Positions 51,684-62,658 of a stretch of 64,000 nt of DNA are shown here, piece after piece. Origin of the DNA: Cladosporium halotolerans (lineage: Eukaryota); assembly GCF_011745625.1 (NCBI RefSeq), contig NW_027191460.1:62001-126000 (forward strand), given 5' to 3'. A program made the translations under genes and the position numbers. Under the pieces are notes generated by a model. That model was not told the DNA's origin and ran no database searches. It saw only the letters and a program-made list of their open reading frames with translations. Positions within the stretch are counted from its first letter, which is position 1; every line of letters begins with the position of its first letter.

Positions 51684-52012
51684 TGAGTGGTGGACGCTTG
51701 CGGGGCAGATTTACCATGCGAGGTATACGAAATAACGAGTCTTAAGCGGGCATTCACAGAGAATGGGAGCTCAGATCCGAAAACAGCTGATATCATTTCA
51801 TGTATGTGGTCGTCGCAGCCATGACTGTCCCACTCAACAACGCCCCTCGAGACATGTATCCGCTCAGAATGATTCTAAAATCTTGGCAACAGGAGCGCCA
51901 GCACCGCTCCAAGCAACCGCGTGAAAATTCCAAATCGCAAATCTCGCCTCTACCACAAACCCAATAGCAAGAGTCTCACTCATTCGCAACAATCCCTCCC
52001 ACCCCACAAATC

Positions 52013-53893
52013 TCACTTATCAACAGTCACCCCAAACCGCTCCTCCAAAAAGCTCCTCACCTCCTCCGGCATCCTCAACAACCCCGCCCCCGCCGCCAAC
52101 TCCTCCACCTTCAGCCCCCTCAGCGTCCTCGCTCTCGACAGCGCCACGTACGCCTGCCCGTGCGCAAAGCACTTGCGCAGATTGACCACGACGCGGTCCA
52201 GCGTCATGCCCTGCGCCTTGTGGATCGTCATGGCCCAGCAGGGCGCGAGCGGCACCTGCGTGCGCATGAGCAGCGTGTAGGGCGGCTCGTCGCCGAACTC
52301 CTCGACGCTGCAGTCGGGCCGGATGGCGATGTCGCGCGGGTGGTCGGCGAAGCGCACGATGGGGAAGCATGTGTGATCGCAGCCGGGGCTGAAGCGGGAG
52401 GTGAATTGGTTGACGGCGTCGAGGCGCTGCTTGAGGTAGATGCTGCCGGCGGCTTGGAGCGTGCTGCGGTTCTGGGCGAGCTCGTCGGCGGTGCAGTGTT
52501 TGAAGCCGACGATGGTGCCTTGGGAACCGTTGACGAGGCCGCTGGAGACGTCGATGTTGGTCGTGAGGATTACGGGCATGTTGGGTTTGAGGAGGAGGGT
52601 GGGGCGGTAGTTGTGGTTGAAGTTTTTCTCGAGCGTGCCGTCGCGGAAGCGGGTAGTGAGGTAGTTGAATTTAGGGTGCTGCAGATGGACGTCGTCCTGG
52701 CATTCGTAGCGGTACTCACGGCCGGGGTGTTGTCTATATAAACGCTCATTGTGCCTGTCGACATCTTTGTTCATGGAGAAGAGGTGGACCGCGTTCTGCT
52801 CATTGCAGTCGTGCCTGTGGCGCTCTAAAAGGCGCCTCTCCTGTGGGGAGAAAGGCTTTCCGTGCCATTGATTGTCTAAAATACCAAGCAACTTTTGCTC
52901 GTCCTGACGGTATACCTGACCAAGGAGCATATAGTCAAAATCTGCCTCATTCCACAATGGAGATGCAAAGGCCCACTGGTCAGACTCCGCCATCGATCTA
53001 TGATTCGCATTGTCACACTCCCACACTTGTGCTCCAGGATTCCAAGTGCGAATGTGGCCGCATTCGATGCAGTATTGAAGCGGCTTTACAGGCGCCAACT
53101 GACAAAAGTCGCCAAATACAATGATCTGCACCCCACCGAACGGCAGTTCTTCTTCGTGGGCTGCTCTCATCATCATGTCGAGGCGTTCGAAGATCTCGCT
53201 CGAGACCATAGATACCTCGTCGATGATCAGGACGTGAACGCTTCTCAATCGTTCTCTGACGGTCCCGCCCCGGGCAATGTTACGATAGTAAGCTCTGCTC
53301 TTGTTGACTTGCTTCCCCAAGCCTGCAAAGGCGTTGATGGTTTCTCCATTGCCACCGAGCGCGGCGGTGCCGCTGAAAGCCACAACCTTGACAGGGATAC
53401 GTTTTTCTTCTAACCTTGTGACGACCCCTTTTAGAACGGTCGTTTTTCCCGTGCCGGCTCGCCCGGTTACGCACAGGTTCCTCCGATCTTGCACGGCTGC
53501 GCGATACACGCGCTCGTGATCGTCGTCCGGACGCAACTTCTGCAATGCGGCAGTCTGCGTGTGTGCGGAGAGTTCGAAGTATGTGTCCTGCCTCTGTCCA
53601 CGCTCTGGTGCGCTGCTAGAAGCGGCATGCAACGACTCACTTCCGCGTCGGTCAGATCTTGGAACCGAACTGCTACCCGCTTCGCGCATGCGTGGACGCT
53701 TCCCTGTTCGGGGTGTGAGCAGGCTTTGTCCTCGATGCGTCGGCTCGGCATCATCGATGAGGTTTATGACATCTTTTCTATCTTCTTCGTCCGAGTCTTC
53801 GACAAAATCGCAAACCGGGCGTTTCAGGGCCCGATTGCTTCCGGGGCCGTTTGAGCCTGGGCTTGGGTAGTGTGAGTTCGCCCGGTCTCTCAT
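52013..53893 (-). CDS. PIF1-family (SF1B) DNA helicase, intronless
   Basis: GRAGTGKT, DEVSM, PFGGVQIIVFGDFCQLAPV, QVYRQ, GLVNGSQG, WAMTIHKAQGMTL and GQAYVALSR. First ATG at 53893. Confidence 0.92.
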   Translation of the reverse strand: MRDRANSHYPSPGSNGPGSNRALKRPVCDFVEDSDEEDRKDVINLIDDAEPTHRGQSLLTPRTGKRPRMREAGSSSVPRSDRRGSESLHAASSSAPERGQRQDTYFELSAHTQTAALQKLRPDDDHERVYRAAVQDRRNLCVTGRAGTGKTTVLKGVVTRLEEKRIPVKVVAFSGTAALGGNGETINAFAGLGKQVNKSRAYYRNIARGGTVRERLRSVHVLIIDEVSMVSSEIFERLDMMMRAAHEEELPFGGVQIIVFGDFCQLAPVKPLQYCIECGHIRTWNPGAQVWECDNANHRSMAESDQWAFASPLWNEADFDYMLLGQVYRQDEQKLLGILDNQWHGKPFSPQERRLLERHRHDCNEQNAVHLFSMNKDVDRHNERLYRQHPGREYRYECQDDVHLQHPKFNYLTTRFRDGTLEKNFNHNYRPTLLLKPNMPVILTTNIDVSSGLVNGSQGTIVGFKHCTADELAQNRSTLQAAGSIYLKQRLDAVNQFTSRFSPGCDHTCFPIVRFADHPRDIAIRPDCSVEEFGDEPPYTLLMRTQVPLAPCWAMTIHKAQGMTLDRVVVNLRKCFAHGQAYVALSRARTLRGLKVEELAAGAGLLRMPEEVRSFLEERFGVTVDK

Positions 53894-55460
53894 TGTCGTT
53901 GTTGTTTGTTGGCGATATAGGAATTGAGAATTGGAAACGCTCAAGCCGAGAGATTGGTTTGGTATGGTATGTCTGTGGCCTAGAGCTGATTTCGCTCTTG
54001 GATGCCACGGGTACTGCTGGTGGTATGGTCGCTTGTCGACTTTGTCAGTGAGTACGACCCTTGTCTTGTCCAGGGAGACAGTCACAGCCGTTCAGATGCA
54101 GAATGAAGTATAGGATCGTCTCCTGGCGTCATCTAGTCTCCGCCAGAGATGTATCTTATGTCGATATGTCGTTCTAAGTGTGAGACGGAGTTGCGGGTGT
54201 TACAGGAGTCAAGACGGCAAGCTTCGTCAAAATACCTACCGGATCCTGATAGCAGTTCCCGTCGCAAGCATTTGATACATTATGGACTGGAAAATGAGGC
54301 CATCAAGCTTCACTTGAGCTCGCGGGCACACTCGCGCGCGAGCTGGCGGCATTCACGGTTCGCTCCATAATATTCGTGTAATCATACCGAAGGGGGGAAG
54401 GAATTATCGCAATCATACATCAGGCTATGACGATGAGGCCTCGGACACTTGAAAAGAGAAGTGAAGATGGTCGGTCCTGTTCTTGTCTTGGTTGTGATCT
54501 CTGCGCAGGATCTCACTGTGTTCTGCCCACGGAAATCTTTTTGTACCTGGGCACCAACTTACTTCCGAGGCTCTGATACGAGTCTAATATATATCCATGG
54601 CAAGTTCCGTGGCGGTACTCATTTCATGGGATCCGGAGGTAGATAATGTCGACGTTTTATCCCAATATTCCAGAAGCGATGTCCTGGCTTTGAGGCATTT
54701 CGGCCAAGCCGACTTCATGCTTTTCAGGCCTCCATCATGGACCAGCAAGGAGATAACTCGTGGAAAGACTTATCCTGGTCAGGTCTCATGACGCTAGGAT
54801 ACGGCAGTAGTTAGTCTGCTTGGCTTTCCGTAAGATGTCACCACTCATCGCTGGCGGTTCCGTAGATATCCGTCGAAAGGCGTAACGCCAGAGGAAAACC
54901 GTACCTAAAAATCCTTGGTATCCTTCCTGTTGACCTGTCCCTTCGAGTTCTCTCATGTTTTTCTGAGCAGGCACGAATGTTATCTGCGGTCGTCTTGATC
55001 GGCACATGCAGCTAGACTGCGCCCCCGGGTACGTCGACTTGACTGGCCCAGCCGCGGAAGTCTCCACTCATTTTCTGCAACGCGTGAATGGCGGTGGCGT
55101 GTGACTTGCCCCGGTGCTCGCCCGACGTCTGGCCAAATACACCTCGTGCCCGTCTGCATGTTTTAGATCCTCTTTGCCCATCGACAGCATCGCCTCAGAA
55201 TTGCATCGCCGCGCTCGACGAGAGCGCACCCGCAGCCGACATTACGGCAGGACTCTCTTCACCCCTTGGACACGTCAAACGGCCTCATGATTCAATAACA
55301 CGCGCTTGCATCCTGATCCACAGGCCCGGTTCTCGTCGGCCAAGAACTTATCGCACCGCAAAACGGGTTCGATAACCCACAACCCCAAGGCTTGTCAACG
55401 CCAAGCTTCAATCATTCCTCTTGGCTTGTGTAGGAACGGAACACGGCACGCGCCCCCGCC

Positions 55461-57325
55461 ATGCCTACCCTCTCCATTGTCAACTTCAACATCGTCTGCG
55501 CGACCGCAGGCGGGTTTGTAACCCTTTTTGGCCTGGTCTCGTTCTTGTGCAAGGAGAAGTTCTATCTCTCCGAGGCTCTGATCTCTTCCATTTTTGGAGT
55601 CATCTTTGGCCCGCATGCAGCAAATTTCATCAGGCCGTTAGACTATGCAAATGGTAGTGAGCTCGATCTCGAGACTATCACGCTTTACTTCACTCGTCTG
55701 GTTTTGGGAGTCCAGCTAGTCCTTGCTGGCGTGCAGTTGCCCAGCAAGTACCTCCGCAAAGAATGGAGGAGCTTGAGCATTTTGCTCGGACCGGGCATGT
55801 GTATCATGTGGATGGTTACATCGCTGTTGGTTTGGGCATTGGTGCCCGACGTCCCGTTTCTCTTCGCTCTCGCAGTCGGGTCCTGCGTCACTCCGACCGA
55901 CCCTATTTTGTCCAACAGCATCGTGAAGGGAAAGTTCGCAGATAAGAACATCCCGCCGAGTCTTCAGAAAATCATCATCGCCGAATCAGGCGCCAACGAT
56001 GGCCTAGGCTATCCCTTCCTTTTCTTGGCACTGTATTTGATCAAATACACAGAAGATCAAGGCCTTGGAACTACTGGAGGTGGCGCAGGCAGAGCAATGG
56101 GTCTGTGGTTTAGCGAGACATGGTGTTATGTTATCATCATGTCGGTGGCTTATGGAGCCATCGTTGGCTGGCTTGCAAAGGAGCTTTTGCACTGGGCTGA
56201 GGAAAGACGTTATGTCGACAGGGAGTCATTCCTCGTCTTTGCCATTACACTTGCAGTAAGCGCCTCCCCTCTTTACCTTTAGAACACCGCACTGATCAGA
56301 ATCAGCTATTCATCGTCGGCACCGTCGGCATGATCGGCAGCGACGACGTTCTCGCCTGCTTCATCGCCGGCAACGTCTTCACCTGGGACGACTGGTTCCG
56401 GCTCGAAACCGAAGACGACAGCCTGCAGCCCACAATCGACATGCTGCTCAACGTCGCCATCTTCATGTGGTTCGGCGCCGTCTGCCCGTGGCACATGTTC
56501 GTCGCCAACAACATCATCCCCATCTACCGCCTCGTGCCCCTCGGCATCCTCGTCCTCCTCCTCCGCCGCCTGCCCATGATCCTCGGTTTCCACAAGTGGA
56601 TCCACCAAGTCGAAGACCTTCGCCGCGCCTCCTTCCTCGGCTTCTTCGGCCCCATCGGCGTCTCCGCCATCTTCTACCTGTACATCTCCAAGGAATTTCT
56701 CCGCGACATCGAATACCAGGGCACGGAGCGCGAGGACGCCCTGCGGCTGGAAGAAATGCTCGACGTCGTCGTCTGGTTCCTCGTCGTGTGCTCCATCGTC
56801 GTGCACGGCTTGTCCATCCCCCTCGGCAAACTCGGCTTCTACCTCCCGCGCACCATCTCCACCGCCTTATCGACCGACCGCCTCTCCCTCGGCCTCAGCA
56901 CCGGCCGCGAGCCCACCGAAGCCACCACGCCCGCCGACCCGCAGACCAGCTCCAGCGACATCGCCAGCATCTTCCGCCGCCGCCGCGGCGGCGGCGGCCC
57001 CGCCGACAGCAGCGCCGCGCCCTCCACCGCGAACCCCAACACGCACCGGCTGCGCGAGGTGCCCTCGGGCCCGCTGCGCGCGGCGAAGTCGGACGAAGAT
57101 TTCCAGACGCCCGCGGCGGCGCAGGCGAACGGGTCGACTGAGTTCGCGAGAGACGTCGATGGCGGGAGCCTGCGGCCGCAGATCTCGCGCCCGATTCATC
57201 CGAGGGCGATCGGGCGCGCGGTGAAGGATATCCAGGCGGCGCAGGGGGCTAATGGGGAGCCTGGTGGCTTGCAGAGGAGTATTCGGTTTGGTGACGAGCA
57301 GGCGGGTCAGAGGGACAGTGATTAG
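55461..57325 (+). CDS. NHA1: Plasma-membrane alkali cation/H+ antiporter (Nha1/CPA1 family)
   Basis: KEKFYLSEA, CVTPTDPILSNSIVKGKFA, AESGANDGLG, GSDDVLACF, GFFGPIGV and SIVVHGLSIP. Intron 56256-56305. Confidence 0.93.
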
Positions 57326-57816
57326 ATTTAGGGGCTGAAGGGTGCCATTGATCTATAGAAGGCATTTATTAGCAGCGTTCTGGAGGGTGGCGAGAGGTGT
57401 GTGGAGGATGTCGCAATTGCATAGCGTCATAGGAGGACGGAATAGGATAGTTGGATGGTGGTGGTGGGGAGGAATGCGGCACGGTACAGAGAGTTGGCGT
57501 ATGTGGTGATCGAGGTTTATCCGTGACAGATACAATCTTCACCGCATTACAATAAGATCGAAAAGACTGTAAACCGAAAAAATCAGAAAACCCAAGAAGG
57601 TGCATAAGAGGGTACCAAGTCTGATCATTTGTCCTCTATTCATAATAAGAGCTATCATATCAAGAGCTATCACTTCAATAGAAAGAATAATATCCCCTCC
57701 CCCACTCGCAATCATACACGCTCGAAACTCGCGAACGCCCATCCAAGATCCCATCGCGTTAGCAATAAACCACACGAAACCCAACCAGCCCATCCAAACC
57801 ATCACTCCCCATCCTG

Positions 57817-58083
57817 TCAGGGAAAGTACCCATATTCGGGCACGAGGGGCGGCGACGGCGGCACACCGCGCATAGCGATGAGGCGTTCGCCAACCTCCCA
57901 ATCCGCCAGAATCGCCTCATGGATCTCCGGATCGTTCCTCCAATCGTACAGAGGCGTAGGGGGCGGCTCCGGCGTGACCGAAGGCTCGGGCTCCGGCGAA
58001 GGGACGGGCGACTCCGGCGGGCGAGCAGCCGGCGGCTCCAGCGGCAGCCCGGGGACGAGGATCCACTCGATGCGCGCGCGGTG
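57817..58083 (-). other. In-frame 88-codon extension downstream of the ARMC8/Vid28 stop codon
   Basis: The frame stays open from 58083 to TGA at 57819-57817. About 70 of 88 codons end in G/C and only 2 end in A (manual count). Confidence 0.6.
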
Positions 58084-61062
58084 CTACAGCGAGTCCATCT
58101 GGTGCAGGGCGACCTTGACGCGCTCCTTGACGTCGAGGGCCGGGTCGTTGGCGAGCGCGCGCACGGCGGCCTCGATGCCGACGGCGCGCAGCTCCTGCGT
58201 GCGCAGGCGGGCGTCGGCGCGGTCGCGCTCGTCTTCGATCCAGGTCAGGGAGTTGACGGCCCAGACGCAGTTGACGCGGACCTGCGGGTCGGCGTGGCTG
58301 AAGTGCGGGAGCCAGGCTTGGAGGAGGGGGCGCTGGGCGATGAGGAGCTGTTTGTGCTGGGGCGCGCTGTTGGCGAGATGGATGACGACGTGGGTTGCCG
58401 AGAGGATGATTTGCGTAGGGTTGTAAATTTGGCGGCTGGCGCCGTTTGCGCCGGGGGTTCCAGTGGAGGGTTGGCGTTGGGACACGGGGAGGGGCGCGAG
58501 TTTGGCGGTGATGAGGTCGTAGATTTTCTGGTGGCCGATCTTCGAGAAGACGTAATTAACCATGTCAGAGCAGTCCTCGCCGTGGAAGAGGTTGCGTAAG
58601 AAATCAAGTGCTTGCTCTTGAATAGCGAGATCATCGCGCCTGGCTTGTAGTTGCGGGTTCTCTTCAAGCTCCCTGACTGCGTATAGGTGCTTCTTGGTAT
58701 TGAAGCCTGAGGTGGGAGGCAGTGTCGAGCGTATCTGCGATGCTTGATAATGTGTGTTGGAAGGCTCGTCATACATGATCTCGCCATCTTCGTCGTCGTC
58801 ATCATCGTAGCTGTCATCGTGGCTCAAACTGATGGGTTCGTCCACGTCCATGGAAGAAGGGTTGAGCAAATCGATCTGCTCACCTGCAGCATTTGAGCTG
58901 CTCAATCCGACGCTCACGCCCCCACCATTTGCAAACAGAGTCTCATCTCGGGGCTGTCCTGCGATCGCTGCAACAAGCCAGCCAGTGCCAAGCTCTTCCA
59001 GCGTGTCGATCTTGAAGTCTTTGGGAGCCGACAGCAAAAGATGCTTCAGTGCCCAGAGACTTGACAGTCGAAGTGCTGGCGAGCTTCGCTTGGCGTGCTC
59101 GCAGAGCGTGCGCGTAACGCCGTATGTCATCAAGTCTTCTCTCATGGGACTGAAGTCTACCAGAAGATTTGTGCAGACGTTCGTCGCAGCGATCTGGACA
59201 TCAAGATTTTGATGTTTCAAGAGTTCGAAAAGCGGCTTTGCGACACCAGCATCAATCAAACTTGTTCGAAGCAGGCTAATACTACGCGACATGGACTTCG
59301 CGGCGTTACAAGCTGCCAAAATCACGGCTGTGGTGTTGCCATCTTTAGCACTCAGCTGGCCCTTGTTGGACATGATGCTGGCTTGCAAGTCCTGAGGGAA
59401 TGGCTTAAGAGAGTCGATGATGCATTGAATGACTCCAGCTTCCACGATAGCCTTGCGGTGGACGTCTTCTTTGTGGCCGATCGCCGCTACTGCCAGCAAA
59501 GCCCCTTGACGACAGCGCATAGAATGCATTATTTCGAGAGGCAGGCCCTTGTTGCCAAGCTGACAACTGGCAGGCTTCTCGCTTCCATCTGATGTGGCGC
59601 GGTTGGCAGGCCAGATTGGTTTTGCCAACGGCACATGGTCGAAGCTTTTTCTGAGGATTGGGCAGACATATTTAATCGCTCCAGCTTCGACTGCGGCGGC
59701 CTGCAAGTTTCTGTTGCACGAAATCAAGCTTGCGAGGACTTCGCAGCCAGACTCGCGGACTGCGGCCATCTCTTCGGGCTTGCGGGGGCTCTCTGTATCT
59801 CTGTATTCGAATCCATCTTGCACCAGCCGAACAGCAAGTGGCACAGCAAGAACGGTCATTTGACGCTCTCGATCCCTGGATTTTTGCGAAAGTTCGTGCC
59901 GAGGGAATGACCCGGTGTCTATCTCGACAGCTTCATTTACCATCGCTAACAGCTGGAGGGCCTGGATTCTCTGTGGTCCTTGGAAAAAGCGGACGAAATA
60001 GAGGAGCCAGCTGCAGACAGCATTGGCATGATCAATGTCACCCTGTGGAAGACTTGATTCTGCAACGCCGTTTTGCCTGTACGTCCGGCCACTCGGGAAA
60101 GAGCTGGACGAGCCGCCGAAGGAGACACTCTTGTTGGACGGGATGTGAAGAGGTGGGAGTAGACTGCCTTCTGCATTTGGCATTCCGTACTTGGGGCCCA
60201 TCATGTACCTCAGATCTCCTTCGCCAGGAGAAAAGTTGAGGAACATATCTTTTACTTGCTCTGAAAAGACAAATCTGTGGGCACGATATGTCGATCCGGA
60301 GACTAGCGATGAAACAGCTGCGATTATGTTGGGTACAGCAGAGGCCGGGGGTTGTGGGAGCAAGTGAGAAGTGTCGCTGCGGTAATCAATGTGCTTGTTC
60401 ACAATCGAGTGCGAAACAAGTAGGCCAGCGAAAGTGTCAAGGAATCCGTAATGCGTCAGAAAAGACCTGACGCTGTCTTCTTGTGCGGAGAGAGCGATGA
60501 TGTCGCAGACCAGCGGAAGCTGCTGCGGTGTTTGTTCAGTGCCGTATGACTGGCGTAAGATGCTAAGGAAGATCTCTGAGCTGTCATTGTTGAATATGTT
60601 GAGGCTTGGAACATCTGTTGTATCGCTGGTCTCGCGGGACAGTTTCCAAGCACTAGCAAGATTCCGCAGTGTCTGCAGCGTTGATGTGACCAATTTGGGC
60701 GCGCATCCTGTCCGTAAGGTCTGAGTAAGAGCCTCTACAGTCCCAGCTGCCACCAAGGGAGCCACATATGCCGTACCGCCTGTAGCCAGACTCCCGAGTA
60801 TTGTAGTAGCGTCGAGCCTGGCCTGGTCCTGTTGCGTCCAAGCTTGTGTATGTCCTATCGCTGTCCCATTTCGTTCGCCAGATCCCGCATGCGACACGAT
60901 GTTCACCAAAGTATCAAGGATTCCATCTCTTACTGCATGCTCTTTCCTCTGATCATGGCCGACAAGGCTATTCTTGATCTTCCTCAGACTCTCGATCTGC
61001 TGCTGCGCGGACTCAGCGCTTCTGAGTGCTTCGAGCGCGGCAAGAGATATCGCCTGTACCAT
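58084..61062 (-). CDS. VID28: Armadillo-repeat protein ARMC8/Vid28 (Gid5), GID ubiquitin-ligase subunit
   Basis: 992-aa intronless ORF with LRKIKNSLVGHDQRKE, SMSRSISLLRTSLIDAGV, CTNLLVDFSPMRE, SLWALKHL, IQEQALDFLRN and LDVKERVK. Confidence 0.88.
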   Translation of the reverse strand: MVQAISLAALEALRSAESAQQQIESLRKIKNSLVGHDQRKEHAVRDGILDTLVNIVSHAGSGERNGTAIGHTQAWTQQDQARLDATTILGSLATGGTAYVAPLVAAGTVEALTQTLRTGCAPKLVTSTLQTLRNLASAWKLSRETSDTTDVPSLNIFNNDSSEIFLSILRQSYGTEQTPQQLPLVCDIIALSAQEDSVRSFLTHYGFLDTFAGLLVSHSIVNKHIDYRSDTSHLLPQPPASAVPNIIAAVSSLVSGSTYRAHRFVFSEQVKDMFLNFSPGEGDLRYMMGPKYGMPNAEGSLLPPLHIPSNKSVSFGGSSSSFPSGRTYRQNGVAESSLPQGDIDHANAVCSWLLYFVRFFQGPQRIQALQLLAMVNEAVEIDTGSFPRHELSQKSRDRERQMTVLAVPLAVRLVQDGFEYRDTESPRKPEEMAAVRESGCEVLASLISCNRNLQAAAVEAGAIKYVCPILRKSFDHVPLAKPIWPANRATSDGSEKPASCQLGNKGLPLEIMHSMRCRQGALLAVAAIGHKEDVHRKAIVEAGVIQCIIDSLKPFPQDLQASIMSNKGQLSAKDGNTTAVILAACNAAKSMSRSISLLRTSLIDAGVAKPLFELLKHQNLDVQIAATNVCTNLLVDFSPMREDLMTYGVTRTLCEHAKRSSPALRLSSLWALKHLLLSAPKDFKIDTLEELGTGWLVAAIAGQPRDETLFANGGGVSVGLSSSNAAGEQIDLLNPSSMDVDEPISLSHDDSYDDDDDEDGEIMYDEPSNTHYQASQIRSTLPPTSGFNTKKHLYAVRELEENPQLQARRDDLAIQEQALDFLRNLFHGEDCSDMVNYVFSKIGHQKIYDLITAKLAPLPVSQRQPSTGTPGANGASRQIYNPTQIILSATHVVIHLANSAPQHKQLLIAQRPLLQAWLPHFSHADPQVRVNCVWAVNSLTWIEDERDRADARLRTQELRAVGIEAAVRALANDPALDVKERVKVALHQMDSL

Positions 61063-62658
61063 GGTCGTAAAGAGAACCAGAATCAGTATGTCATGCTAGT
61101 GCGCTAGACGTACATGGAACGGTCGAAGCTTGGTGCTATTGTAATTGAGCAACCAGTAGCTACCTTGCCTAGGTAGCTGCATGTGAAGCCGCACGTCACT
61201 CTCCGGACGCTCGCTTAGTGGAGCCTTGGGGGCGGGAGGGACCGGCCGGGGCCGCCGCGCTATCGAGCCCAGGTCTGAAGTCCACTGGAGTCAAGGAAGA
61301 AACTCCGGACCAGGCAAAGTGATGTACCTTACTATACAGGCAAATGCAGAGGATCGACATCACCCGGTGGCCCAAATCGAGCGTACAGTATTTCTTGATT
61401 GCCTTCTGCACAACGTCTGGCTTTTGAAGTCGCAAGTTTTGAGAAGTCTGAAGTAACACTCGAAAGCCAATAACAGAGGATGACATAGTTTAGCTCTGGA
61501 TTGCGTCTACCACGCCTCACGGCGGAGTCCTCGTGAGGCCTAATTACTAACATTCTACCCTCATGCTGTAGTCCGATGATCGCAGAGTTCTACTGACTCG
61601 AGGAGGCCATTTCCGTCATACAACAAGATTATCTCGCAGATGCTACATATATTAACGGTATATGCGGTGTACGACAGGCGTAGCGGACGGTATGGAGGCT
61701 TCTAAGTTCAAAGCTTTTTGAGAATAAGCACTCTAGACCCGAGGGCATGTAGACCAGCCCGTGGCATGGCAAACATGTTTACTGGCACGGCTATAGTCAT
61801 CTGGGACTCGCAGTCCCATGCTGAAGACTGCTTACTCATTTGTCAGACGTCTTGATACCGCGGCTAGCAGCGGTCTGGACAGCGGGCGAAATGGTGCCGT
61901 GTCTATGCAAAGCATGAAATGGAGGCAGCTCCGTGGCCACACTACTGACGTGCCGGTCCAAACATTGTCCACGTCGACGTCTGACGGGAAACCGTCCCGT
62001 TTGCACGACAGCCGAGATAGGCAGCGCCAGGCGAGGATTCCGCCTCGAGCAGCGGGACGAAATTGATGCCAGCGCGAGTGCGGTCGGCTTGCTGCCGCAA
62101 TACCGTGGTGTGGTTGCGTCAGGGAAGAGCGAGAACAGACAGGTCACCAGCAGGCGGTCATTGGCGAGGCGGCGGCGGGCCAGATGCTAGCAGCGATAAG
62201 GCGGATCGGGGCTGCGGCGAGCGACAGCAAGGTTTGCGTAGCTCGCGCGCCCGGGGGCCACGTGAGCGCTGTGAGCAGCTGTGTGGCTTGCCGCGCTGCC
62301 CTCGCCGCCAGCCCTAACCTCACGCACCCATTCTGACGCTGCAGCGCTGCACCGACTCTTCCGCCGACCGCACCAGCGTCTTCGCCATGCCCGGCCTGCC
62401 CACCGGCCTGCCCACCTCACTACTCCGCCCCTGCAATCCTCCTGCTGTCGCCCCGCCGCACTAGCCCGCGACACACCGCAGCGATCCCATATTCCCCTCG
62501 CCCGCCGCGTCCACCACCGCCCACACCCTCACCGCGCCGCCGCACGTCCCAGGAATTATGCGCCGGAGCCTGACCACGCGAGCGACGTCCGAGCTGTCCA
62601 CCACCCGCCCCTCCGCCTCCTCAGCCTCCGCCGCGCCCCGCCAGCCCTCTCCGCTCCC

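Noticed and set aside
55320..55385. tRNA suggested by a GGTTCGA hairpin (also near 21201)
   Set aside because: No cloverleaf, acceptor stem or A-box could be formed.
52013..55400. Helitron containing the PIF1-like gene
   Set aside because: No Rep/HUH domain and no convincing terminal hairpin with CTRR end were found.
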